Positions 47,666 through 55,354 of a DNA stretch of 64,000 nt are shown here, in pieces. The stretch is taken from the NCBI GenBank assembly GCA_037442885.1, contig JBBIPK010000001.1, forward strand, positions 6,431 to 70,430. Direction: 5' to 3'. Both the position numbers and the translations under genes were made by a program. Each line of letters opens with the position of its first letter. Position 1 is the stretch's first letter. Source of the DNA: Acidobacteriota bacterium (GTDB lineage Bacteria; Acidobacteriota; Terriglobia; Acidiferrales; 2-02-FULL-67-57). The notes under the pieces were generated by a model that was not told the origin of the DNA, searched no databases, and saw only the letters and a list, made by a program, of their open reading frames with translations.

Positions 47666-48087
47666 TGCCTGCTGCTGCCTTCCTGTCCTGCCGCGGGTCG
47701 GGTGAGTGTGCGCAGGTAGTTCACCAGGTGCCAGCGCTGCCGGGGTCGCAACGTGCGCGCATAGCCCGGCATCAAGTTACGCCCCTCGCTAATCTTCCAG
47801 AACAATTCTCCATCGGTCATTTCCTTCATCAGCGGGTCCGCCAGGTTTCCCGGCGAGTCGGGAAGCCGGCTGACCCAGGGGCCGTCGCCGCGCCCCTGCT
47901 CGCCGTGGCAGGCGAGACAGTAATTGCGGTACAGTTTCCGGCCTTCCGCCACCGAGCTGGGTGACGAATGCGTCGGATTCCGCAGCGCGCGGGCTTCGCC
48001 AGGAGCTTGCCAGGCTTGCGTCCCCGCCGAGCTGGCCGCGGCCAGACCCACAAACAAACCCAGCAGGAACACCGCAGTTACTCTCAT
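47662..48087 (-). CDS. Secreted monoheme c-type cytochrome (class I-like) embedded in the trp operon
   Basis: Signal peptide '[25 protein letters not shown]', heme motif 'CLACHG', and a distal 'NLMPGY'. There are ATGA overlaps with the trpF stop (48084-87) and the trpB start (47662-65). The track ORF's 90-aa N-terminal extension is rejected. Confidence 0.75.
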   Translation of the reverse strand: MRVTAVFLLGLFVGLAAASSAGTQAWQAPGEARALRNPTHSSPSSVAEGRKLYRNYCLACHGEQGRGDGPWVSRLPDSPGNLADPLMKEMTDGELFWKISEGRNLMPGYARTLRPRQRWHLVNYLRTLTRPAAGQEGSSRQ

Positions 48088-48713
48088 AGTGCTGCGGCTG
48101 CTGCCCGCGCCCGACGGATGAACTCGCGCAGGCGCCGGTGGTCTTTCTTGCCTGGACGCCGCTCGACGCCAGTACAGACGTCCACCGCATACGGCCGCAC
48201 GGTCGTGATGGCCTCTTCTACATTCTCTACGGTCAGGCCACCGGCAAGGATAATGCGCCCATAGGCACGGGCCTGACGCGCCCTCTTCCAGTCGAACTGT
48301 TTTCCCGTTCCCCCTCGCTTGCCCGTGACCTGGGTATCCAGCAGGAACGCCGCACAACCGTTGTAGGCTTTCAGGGTCTGCGGGCGGAAGCGTGCTCCCA
48401 CAGAGAAGGCTTTGATAACCGCAAGGGGAGCTAGCATGGCCACGTCGGCAGGAAGCTCATCTCCGTGGAGCTGGACGGTGTGGATGTCGCAGCGCGCGGC
48501 CACGGTCTGGATGACGGTGCGTGACTCGTTCACAAACAATCCGACTGGAGTGACAAAGGGAGGGAGCTGGGCGATGATCTGCTCGGCGTCGGCGGGTTCG
48601 ATGTAACGAGGGCTGGAGGGATAGAAATTGAAGCCGAGCGCATCCGCACCCGCAGCGATCGCCGCCAGGGCGTCCTCTGCGTTCGTGATTCCACATACTT
48701 TGATGCGCACCAT
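48084..48713 (-). CDS. trpF: Phosphoribosylanthranilate isomerase
   Basis: 'IKVCGITNAEDA' and 'ILAGGLTVENV'. The start is ATG 48713, overlapping the trpC stop. Confidence 0.9.
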   Translation of the reverse strand: MVRIKVCGITNAEDALAAIAAGADALGFNFYPSSPRYIEPADAEQIIAQLPPFVTPVGLFVNESRTVIQTVAARCDIHTVQLHGDELPADVAMLAPLAVIKAFSVGARFRPQTLKAYNGCAAFLLDTQVTGKRGGTGKQFDWKRARQARAYGRIILAGGLTVENVEEAITTVRPYAVDVCTGVERRPGKKDHRRLREFIRRARAAAAAL

Positions 48714-49519
48714 CAGGAAGCTCCCAAAAGCTCTTTCAGGGCCACCGCGGGCTCCGCCGCGCGCATCAGGTGCTCTCCAATCAGGAACGCATCGAAGCCC
48801 GCGTCGCGCAGGTATTTCAACTCGGCCCGCGAGCGAAGCCCGCTTTCGCTGACGGCGATGCATTCATCCGGGACAGCCTCGATGAGGCGCTTCGAGGTAT
48901 CAACATCCACCGTGAATGTTCCCAAATCACGATTGTTGACACCGAGCAGCCGCGCGCCAGCCGACAGGGCCTGATTCAACTCATCAGAGGAATGAACCTC
49001 GACCAGTGCTGCCATCCCCAACTGCTCACCGAGAATCAGAAGTTGCCGCAACTCCGCCTCTGTGAGGATGGCCGCGATCAGCAAGAAGGCATCGGCGCCG
49101 GCGGCGCGGGCTTCAAAAATCTGGTAGGGGTCAAACAAGAAATCCTTGCGGAGGACGGGAATGCGGCAAAGGCTGCGCGTGAGCGCCAGGTCGTCGAGGG
49201 ATCCCTGGAAAAAATCCTCCTCGGTCAGCACCGAGAGGGCGACAGCGCCTGCGCTCTCCAGCGCGGGGGCCAGGAGTGCAGGGTTGTAGGCAGCTCGGAG
49301 AATGCCAGCCGAAGGGGAGGCCTTCTTGAGTTCAGCGACGATATTGAGACCGTCGGATGTGAGAGCCGACAAGAAGTCGCGCGGCGGAGGGGCGGAGGCA
49401 GCCCGTTCCTCGAGTTTGGACAAGGGCAGGGTGCGTTTGGCCTCAGCCAAGCGTGTGCGGCGACGGGCAACAATGGCGTCAAGACGCGTGGTGCGTTGAG
49501 CGGGGGTGCGGACGGCCAT
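48713..49519 (-). CDS. trpC: Indole-3-glycerol phosphate synthase
   Basis: 'IVAELKKASPSAG' and 'LVEVHSSDEL'. ATG 49519 is preferred because GGAGG lies 4 nt upstream; the alternative is TTG 49540. Confidence 0.9.
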   Translation of the reverse strand: MAVRTPAQRTTRLDAIVARRRTRLAEAKRTLPLSKLEERAASAPPPRDFLSALTSDGLNIVAELKKASPSAGILRAAYNPALLAPALESAGAVALSVLTEEDFFQGSLDDLALTRSLCRIPVLRKDFLFDPYQIFEARAAGADAFLLIAAILTEAELRQLLILGEQLGMAALVEVHSSDELNQALSAGARLLGVNNRDLGTFTVDVDTSKRLIEAVPDECIAVSESGLRSRAELKYLRDAGFDAFLIGEHLMRAAEPAVALKELLGAS

Positions 49520-49560
49520 GGCGCCTCCGGACAGCTTCAACGTCGAAGGGATAAACTCGC

Positions 49561-49589
49561 ATCGTAGCGGGCAGGAAAGGACAAGTCAA
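49561..49589 (-). promoter_or_regulatory. Candidate sigma70-type promoter of the trp/aro super-operon
   Basis: On the minus strand: TTGACT (49589-84), a 17-nt spacer, then TACGAT (49566-61), about 40 nt upstream of the trpC start. No leader peptide or attenuator was seen. Confidence 0.45.
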
Positions 49590-49695
49590 ACGCGGCCGCG
49601 GTTGGTTGACCCGTGGCGCGGGGTTGGCTATAAAGGAAGGGCGTAACAGGCAGGCGTCCTCCGGAAGGTGTCGCAGGTCGCGGCCCAATCGCTTT

Positions 49696-49771
49696 GGCGG
49701 TATCGTCTAGAGGCCTAGGACGCTAGATTCTCAATCTAGAAACCCGGGTTCAAATCCCGGTACCGCTACCA
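49696..49771 (+). tRNA. tRNA-Glu (anticodon CUC), CCA encoded
   Basis: Hand-folded cloverleaf: acceptor GGCGGTA/TACCGCT, D-arm GTCT-AGAGGCCT-AGGAC, anticodon stem CTAGA/TCTAG with loop TTCTCAA, T-arm CCGGG-TTCAAAT-CCCGG, then A-CCA. The D-arm is typical of bacterial tRNA-Glu. Confidence 0.9.
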
Positions 49772-49804
49772 ACCCCTGATCGTCATCTCTAAAAGCGGAA
49801 CAGC

Positions 49805-50059
49805 TTATTGCACTTCGCGGCGAGAGAGCAGTTCGGGGGGCAGGACTTTGACGATGTTGGTGGACTGGACGATGTAGACGGGATTGCCCTGGGGATCACG
49901 CTCGTTGGTCTTGAGAATACTGGAGACAACGAGTTTGATGCGCACGGTGTAGCCATCTTCCACCAAGTATTCATTCCAGTCTTCGCGGCCGGTGCGGAAT
50001 TCCATGTCCTCGGCCTCGATGGTGCGGTCGCCGATGTTGATGCGAGTGCGTCGTGCCAC
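49805..50059 (-). CDS. Hypothetical soluble 84-aa protein, last gene of the HEAT-GT2-GGDEF operon
   Basis: An ATG ORF starts 20 nt downstream of the GGDEF gene stop. Its sequence looks beta-rich ('YTVRIKLVVSSILK', 'PVYIVQSTNIVKV'). No motif was recognised. Confidence 0.6.
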   Translation of the reverse strand: MARRTRINIGDRTIEAEDMEFRTGREDWNEYLVEDGYTVRIKLVVSSILKTNERDPQGNPVYIVQSTNIVKVLPPELLSRREVQ

Positions 50060-50079
50060 GATGAGCCTCCTCTGTGTCT

Positions 50080-50907
50080 CTAGGTTGATTGCCCGGGATT
50101 GGCCGCTGGCCGAGCGGACGAGCGGCGCGTGGCGAAAACCTGTTTCTCCGCCTCTTCAATCACCGATTCGAGGGTGCGTCCAGAGACGAACGTAGCCGGC
50201 CCGACGGTGATGGTCACGGCGCGGCCCAGGCGCTGCTGGAGATCGGTGCGGGCGGCCAGCGCCTGGTGCAGGCGACGGGTGACGACTTCGGCGCCGGCGT
50301 CGTTGGTTTCCGGCAAGACGATGAGGAACTCGTCGCCCCCGAAGCGGAAGACATAGTCGGAGGTGCGGAGGATGCTCTTGAGCGTGGCTGCCACCTCGCG
50401 CAAGACCTCGTCGCCGATGAAGTGACCGAGTTCCTCGTTGACTCGCCGAAAGTCGTCGATGTCCACCAGCAGAACTGAGAGGGGACGGTTAGCCCGGACT
50501 GCGCGGCGAACCTCCTTGGGGGCCACCTCGTCGAAGAAGCGCCGGTTGTAGGTTTCGGTGAGCGAATCGGTAAGGGCGTGGGCGCGGTGTTCTTCGAGTT
50601 CGAGTTCCTGCTCGAGAGCACGACGACGGAGCTGAGCGAGGGCACGTTTCTTATCGATCAGGTAGATATTGAGCAGGAGCACCAACGCCATGAAGCCGAA
50701 CAGGAGGAGCCAGACAAAGCGCAGGACAAGAGGATTGACGCGCTCATCGGCGCGTGTGGTCAGGTAGACAAAGGTGATGACGCCGCCGGCGAATACGGTA
50801 AGCAGGATCAGAGCTATGGACCACAGTTCCCAGTCACGTTTTTCGAGCTGTTCAAAAGTATCGCCCGCGCGGCGTGCTGGAGGGGAGCCCGGAGGTTGTG
50901 TTGCCAC
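50080..50907 (-). CDS. Membrane-anchored diguanylate cyclase (GGDEF domain with I-site)
   Basis: Two TM helices, a coiled linker, then 'RTSDYVFRFGGDEF' (an RxxD I-site 5 residues before GGDEF). The start is set at GTG 50907 with SD GGAGAG 7 nt upstream. The track start at 50994 would overlap the GT2 gene by 52 nt. Confidence 0.85.
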   Translation of the reverse strand: MATQPPGSPPARRAGDTFEQLEKRDWELWSIALILLTVFAGGVITFVYLTTRADERVNPLVLRFVWLLLFGFMALVLLLNIYLIDKKRALAQLRRRALEQELELEEHRAHALTDSLTETYNRRFFDEVAPKEVRRAVRANRPLSVLLVDIDDFRRVNEELGHFIGDEVLREVAATLKSILRTSDYVFRFGGDEFLIVLPETNDAGAEVVTRRLHQALAARTDLQQRLGRAVTITVGPATFVSGRTLESVIEEAEKQVFATRRSSARPAANPGQST

Positions 50908-50942
50908 AGAATATCTCTCCTTACGAGCGGCGGTGGCCTGCC

Positions 50943-52352
50943 TCAGGGACGAACGGGGCGCGTCTGGAATCCGACGCGACGCTGCGCCCCCCACTCGCGC
51001 CGGCCACGCAAATAATCCGCCAAGCCGAGCAGGCGCCAGCCCAACACGAGCTGATGAAATCCAAAATGCTCGACCAGACTGTAGCGAATCAAGCGTGCCA
51101 GTTCACTCCAGAGAGTATAGCGCCGGTAGGTGAATTCTTCCACCAGCACCGCCCAGAGCGAGAGCATCGTTCCCATCAAGAAGGCCAGAATCAGGTACAA
51201 CGTCAGGTAGCGGATACTCAGCCACCCCATCTTGTACGCCACGGGAACGCAGATGAAGCCCGCAATCTCCATGACCGGCGCAACCAGTTCCAGCAGGAAG
51301 TAGGGCAGCACGAGCCAGCCAATCATCCCGTAGCGGAACAGGGCGTCCCGATGCAAGCGGAGGACTTCCGCCAAACCGCGCTGCCAACGGCGACGTTGCC
51401 GCGCAAGCACAGGCCGCGATTCCGGCACCTCTGTCCAGCAGACCGGATCGGGGACAAACAAGATGCGGTAGGACATTCGCTGGTCGCGGCAATAGCGGTG
51501 GACGCGAACGACCACCTCCATGTCTTCGGCCACAGTCTGGCCGGAGTAACCGCCGACGGCGCGCAGAATGTCCGTGCGAAAGGCACCAAAGGCGCCGGAG
51601 ATAATCATCAGGCCGTTGAACCAGCTCCAGCCGAGGCGCCCTTGAAGGAAGCCGCGGAGGTACTCGACAATTTGAAAGACAGTCAGAGGCGAGCGGGGAA
51701 GGCGGATGCGGGTCACGCGGCCACCGGCCACGCTGCAGCCGTTGAGGATTCGCACGATGCCGCTGGAGGCAACGACACGCTCATCCTCGAGCACCGGACG
51801 CATTACGCGCAGCAGTGCGTCCTCCTCCAGCACAGAGTCGGCGTCCACGGAGCAAATCCAGGGCGTGCGGGCCAGGTTGATGCCCGCATTCAGGGCATCA
51901 CTCTTGCCGCCGTTGACCTTGTCGATGACAACCAACCGCGATTCGAGCGTGGAGAGATAAATCCCGCGGATGGGACGCGTCGGAAGCAGTGGATTGAAGG
52001 CGATGCTGGCGCGGCGGAGCGAGAAGCAGCGGATGAGTTCCTCCAGTGTCCCATCTGTGCTGCCATCGTTGATGGCGATGACGGTGAAATCCGGGTAGCG
52101 CAGGCCGAGCAGCGCGCGGATGCTTTCCACGATGGTTTTTTCCTCGTTGTACGCCGGTATCAGCAGGGTGACGGGGGGTGAGACAACGGAGGCGGCTTGG
52201 CGGTCGAAAGCGGCCAAGCGGACGCGCAAGGGATGCACGTAGGCTCCCCAAACGGAGGCCACCAGCAAGAAGAGATAGAAAACGTGAAGGACAATGTAGA
52301 AGACCAGGATGATGAAGTTCGAGAAGAGAAGAAGGAACTCAGGGCCGCTCAT
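50943..52352 (-). CDS. Integral-membrane processive-type family 2 glycosyltransferase (PgaC/IcaA/NfrB-N-like polysaccharide synthase)
   Basis: N-terminal TM helix, 'PAYNEE', 'NDGSTDGT', 'VDADS', 'AEDME', 'QRRRWQRG' (the Q-x-x-R-W motif), and three to four C-terminal TM helices. The start is ATG 52352 (MSGPEFLLL) with GAGG 6 nt upstream. The first 339 codons of the 808-aa track ORF are a frame shadow of the HEAT gene. Confidence 0.88.
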   Translation of the reverse strand: MSGPEFLLLFSNFIILVFYIVLHVFYLFLLVASVWGAYVHPLRVRLAAFDRQAASVVSPPVTLLIPAYNEEKTIVESIRALLGLRYPDFTVIAINDGSTDGTLEELIRCFSLRRASIAFNPLLPTRPIRGIYLSTLESRLVVIDKVNGGKSDALNAGINLARTPWICSVDADSVLEEDALLRVMRPVLEDERVVASSGIVRILNGCSVAGGRVTRIRLPRSPLTVFQIVEYLRGFLQGRLGWSWFNGLMIISGAFGAFRTDILRAVGGYSGQTVAEDMEVVVRVHRYCRDQRMSYRILFVPDPVCWTEVPESRPVLARQRRRWQRGLAEVLRLHRDALFRYGMIGWLVLPYFLLELVAPVMEIAGFICVPVAYKMGWLSIRYLTLYLILAFLMGTMLSLWAVLVEEFTYRRYTLWSELARLIRYSLVEHFGFHQLVLGWRLLGLADYLRGRREWGAQRRVGFQTRPVRP

Positions 52353-53433
52353 CCGATGCCTCAACGGGGAAACCGATGACTTTCTCAATCGCGCGCCGGG
52401 TGCGCGCGTCCAGGTAGGGGGAGCCGAGGAGCTCCACCAAGTTAAGGTGCCCTGTCGGCGGCAGGGATCTTGCCACCAACTCCAGCAAGACCAGGCGCAG
52501 CTTCGTGTCCGGATGCATCTCCAGGGCGTAGAGGACAGGAGCGTAAGCGCCTGCCCAGATGAGCCGTGAGACGAGTGCCCGGCTCTGTTCGCGAACGTAG
52601 GGCAGAGGCGAGTTGACTCGATTGATCGCCTCCCAGGTAATGCCGCGCCATTCGAGCTCGGAAATAAGTGATTGCAGCGCGAATTGGTCAGGGGCACCTT
52701 CTCGCAAGAGGTCAAGGAGGGCAATCGGGTCACGCCAGAGCAGATAGAGCGCGCCCGTGGCTTTGTGACGGACCTCGAAGTCCGGATCGCGAACAGCGAG
52801 GGCGAGGGCTTCGTGCGCGCGGTGGTCACCGAGAGCGCCCAGCGCGCCCGCAGCCTGCAGACGTACGGTCCAGACGGGATCGCGAAGTCGTTCCACCAGA
52901 ACGGACAGGGCTTGCGCAGAACCAGAGCGTCCCAGTGCCCAGGCGGCCTTGGTGCGAACCTCCGGGTCGGGGTCATCGGCCAAGGGCAGGAGACGTTCCA
53001 GCAAGGCGGGCGTGCCAACCTCGCCCAGGGCCGCGGCAATGACCATGCGGACGCGTGGCTCGGGATGGAACGCGTGGCGGAGGAGACGCTCGGGCTCGGG
53101 ACGCCCGCACGAGATGAGCGCAGCCCAGACCATTCGCCACGCCGTGTCCTTGACGGCAGGAAGAACCTCGACCAAAGCGTCCACTGCTTCCGGGACGCCC
53201 ATAAGCTCAAGCGCACGCAGGGCGGCCACTCGCAGCTCTCTGTTTTCGCTGCGGAGAAGACGAAGGAGATCCGGTAGGGCTTCCTGCACCTGCATGCGCC
53301 CGAGGATGATCGCCGATTCCGCCTGCTGCCAAGGGGGGCCGTGGCGAATGCGGGTGAGACGATCCACATGAAGACGCCAATGACGGAACAGATGGATCAG
53401 TTTGCGGCGCTCGTCCGGCGCGGCATCGAGCAA
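52339..53433 (-). CDS. HEAT-repeat (PBS-lyase type) protein, probably membrane-anchored; the true start lies upstream of 53433
   Basis: Repeated 'xPEVRxxAAxALGxxGxxxAxxxLxxxLxD' units (for example 'DPDPEVRTKAAWALGRSG' and 'DPDFEVRHKATGALY'). 53433 is a TTG. The same frame stays open to 53668 and encodes 'LVVLILLGLLNLAVLLIVSLRRFFKHW' with no ATG/GTG/TTG. The gene overlaps the GT2 start by 14 nt. Confidence 0.8.
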   Translation of the reverse strand: MLDAAPDERRKLIHLFRHWRLHVDRLTRIRHGPPWQQAESAIILGRMQVQEALPDLLRLLRSENRELRVAALRALELMGVPEAVDALVEVLPAVKDTAWRMVWAALISCGRPEPERLLRHAFHPEPRVRMVIAAALGEVGTPALLERLLPLADDPDPEVRTKAAWALGRSGSAQALSVLVERLRDPVWTVRLQAAGALGALGDHRAHEALALAVRDPDFEVRHKATGALYLLWRDPIALLDLLREGAPDQFALQSLISELEWRGITWEAINRVNSPLPYVREQSRALVSRLIWAGAYAPVLYALEMHPDTKLRLVLLELVARSLPPTGHLNLVELLGSPYLDARTRRAIEKVIGFPVEASDERP

Positions 53434-53685
53434 GCGGCGGAGGAGCTCCTGCTCGAGCGCCTTCCGGTTTGAAAACAGAGGGATCGGCCAGCCCTTGTCG
53501 AGCCGTTGGAGACTGTTCTGGATGTTCTCCGCCGCTTGCCGGCGTTGGTCATCGAGAGAGATGAAGTACCAGTGCTTGAAGAAGCGGCGGAGGCTGACAA
53601 TCAGGAGAACCGCCAGGTTGAGCAGGCCGAGCAGGATGAGAACGACTAGCGTGGGCGAACCTCGCTCGTCCTAGAAGATGAGGGA

Positions 53686-53691
53686 ATTATA
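53686..53691 (-). promoter_or_regulatory. Candidate -10 box (TATAAT) for the HEAT-GT2-GGDEF operon
   Basis: A perfect minus-strand TATAAT, 15 nt upstream of the in-frame stop that bounds the HEAT ORF, in the divergent gap to the TPR/beta-barrel gene. Confidence 0.35.
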
Positions 53692-53747
53692 TGTGCAGAG
53701 AGTGCTGGCAGCAACGCCCCGGATTGCCTGCCGCCAGATTTCCGACT

Positions 53748-55019
53748 ATGATGCGCAGAATTGCTTTGAGTCGCGGCACTGCTCACACCACCGGAATAGG
53801 GTCGGTTCTCACCCTCGCTCTTCTCTCATCCTTTCTTGTCGCGCCCGCCCGGGCGCAATCCGAACGTGCGGAGCAAGTCGCGCGGGCGCTGGCGCACGTG
53901 CAGGCCCAAGAATACGACACCGCACTGACCATCTTCCGCGAACTCGCGCAGCAGAATTCGCATGACTATGAAGCGCGGAACTGGGTGGCGCGCCTGGAAA
54001 GCTGGAAGGGAAATCACCTCGAGGCGGAGCGGCTCTACCGCGCCGTGCTGGATGAACAACCCCAGAACAAAGAAGCAGAACTGGGGCTAGCGGACGTGCT
54101 GGCCTGGCAGGGACGCCACCAGGAGGCAACGGAGCGGTTGGGAGCGCTCTACGCGCGTGATCCGAAGGATGTGGAGGTGCTGTTGCGGCTGGGGCGTCTT
54201 TCCCGTTGGCGCGGCGACCGCAAGGCAGCCCTGCGCTACTACCGCGAAGCGCTGGTCGCTGACCCTCGCAACCAGGAAGCGCACGACGCTTACCAGATCC
54301 TACTTGACGAAACCAACTACCGACTGGAGACAGGCTACGGGTACGAACACTTCAACTTCACCACAGGCACGCATGCGCCCTATGTGGAACTGCTGTTCAC
54401 CGACAATCGCCGGCTCACGCTGCTGGGACGCGCCGAGTATCAGCGCAAGTTCGCTGCCGACAACACACGCTTCAGTTTCGGGGCGACGCGGAAGCTCGGT
54501 GAGCGCACCTGGTTGCGCGGGGAAGTCGGCTTTGCCCCGGGCAGCGACGTGCTGGCGCGCCAAGACTATCAGGTGGAAATGTCGCAGCAGATCTGGCCGA
54601 GAGTGACAGCCGGAACGGGGTATCGCTTTCTGGCATTCGGCGTAGCAGACGCACACGCACTGACCGTGCTGACGGACTGGGACCTGCGGTCAAATCTCCA
54701 TCTCTCCCTGCGTTACCTGCCGGCCCGGACGCGGTTTGATACGCTGCCCGGGGCAGTCTGGAACCACTCTGGCTGGGCGCGGCTGACCTGGGACGTGAAG
54801 AAGACTTGGAGCCCCTACGTCGTATTTGCCGTCGGCTCGGAGAGTTTTTCGGCACTCTCGGCAGACTTGCTGGGGCGATTCGCTGCGCAGACGTATGGAC
54901 TTGGTACCACCGTGCACATCAGACGGGACTTCGGGTTTCGCGTCGGCTACTTCCATCAGAACCGGACGCAAGGGCGGCGGCAAGACAGCCTGACCCTGGC
55001 CTACTTCATGCGCTTCTAG
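53748..55019 (+). CDS. Outer-membrane protein: N-terminal TPR repeats plus a C-terminal YaiO/PgaA-like beta-barrel
   Basis: Signal peptide 'LTLALLSSFLVAPARAQ'. There are about four TPR units ('YDTALTIFRELAQQNSHDYEARNWVA', 'EAERLYRAVLDEQPQNKEA', and others). The C-terminal half has alternating amphipathic strands and ends 'LAYFMRF' (terminal Phe). The start is set at ATG 53748. Confidence 0.8.
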   Translation: MMRRIALSRGTAHTTGIGSVLTLALLSSFLVAPARAQSERAEQVARALAHVQAQEYDTALTIFRELAQQNSHDYEARNWVARLESWKGNHLEAERLYRAVLDEQPQNKEAELGLADVLAWQGRHQEATERLGALYARDPKDVEVLLRLGRLSRWRGDRKAALRYYREALVADPRNQEAHDAYQILLDETNYRLETGYGYEHFNFTTGTHAPYVELLFTDNRRLTLLGRAEYQRKFAADNTRFSFGATRKLGERTWLRGEVGFAPGSDVLARQDYQVEMSQQIWPRVTAGTGYRFLAFGVADAHALTVLTDWDLRSNLHLSLRYLPARTRFDTLPGAVWNHSGWARLTWDVKKTWSPYVVFAVGSESFSALSADLLGRFAAQTYGLGTTVHIRRDFGFRVGYFHQNRTQGRRQDSLTLAYFMRF

Positions 55020-55069
55020 AAATGGTGGAGCGGGACTGACTCGACTCGCCTCCGCACGGTGCAGCAGGG

Positions 55070-55075
55070 TATAAT
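55070..55075 (+). promoter_or_regulatory. Candidate -10 box (TATAAT) upstream of the aminotransferase unit
   Basis: GGGTATAATTTCG. The hexamer ends 5 nt before GTG 55081. The same TATAATTTCG decamer recurs at 57366. Confidence 0.35.
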
Positions 55076-55080
55076 TTCGC

Positions 55081-55350
55081 GTGTTTGCGCGTCGCCTCCG
55101 AGTCCAGGTCGTGCTCGAGGGAAGCGAGCGGCCGTGCGCGCTCGAGTGGCTCGATAGCTTCTGCATGCGTCGCTTCACCGGCGAGGCGGCGTTCGATGAC
55201 ACGCTGCCGGTGGCCGACGGAGAGATCGAGGCTGGCACCCACGTGGATGCCGAACAGCTACGCGAAGCCCTGCGCGAGTGGCTGAGCAAGAAGAAAGGTG
55301 CCGGCAAGAAAGTTGAAATCCGAATCGAAGAAATCCCCCGCCGGAGCTGA
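55081..55350 (+). CDS. Hypothetical 89-aa protein (uncertain)
   Basis: A GTG ORF with strongly GC-biased third positions that ends 4 nt before the aminotransferase ATG. It has no SD and no motif. An internal ATG lies at codon 29. Confidence 0.4.
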   Translation: MFARRLRVQVVLEGSERPCALEWLDSFCMRRFTGEAAFDDTLPVADGEIEAGTHVDAEQLREALREWLSKKKGAGKKVEIRIEEIPRRS

Positions 55351-55354
55351 CACA

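Noticed and set aside
49805-50059. The 84-aa protein could be a canonical PilZ domain.
   Set aside because: I searched the translation for RxxxR followed by D/NxSxxG at the usual spacing. The N-terminal 'ARRTRINIGDR' does not satisfy RxxxR and no DxSxxG is present. I therefore kept it as unknown.
50943-53369. An 808-aa ORF that could be read as one large protein spanning the GT2 and HEAT regions.
   Set aside because: Only the C-terminal 469 residues (from ATG 52352, 'MSGPEFLLL') look like a protein (GT2 motifs and TM helices). The first 339 residues are low-complexity and lie out of frame over the well-formed HEAT-repeat ORF (52339-53433).
49696-55019. The tRNA-Glu could be an integration site, which would make the adjacent exopolysaccharide module a genomic island.
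   Set aside because: There is no integrase, no direct repeat of the tRNA 3' end, and no visible compositional shift across 49.8-55 kb. Adjacency alone is not evidence.
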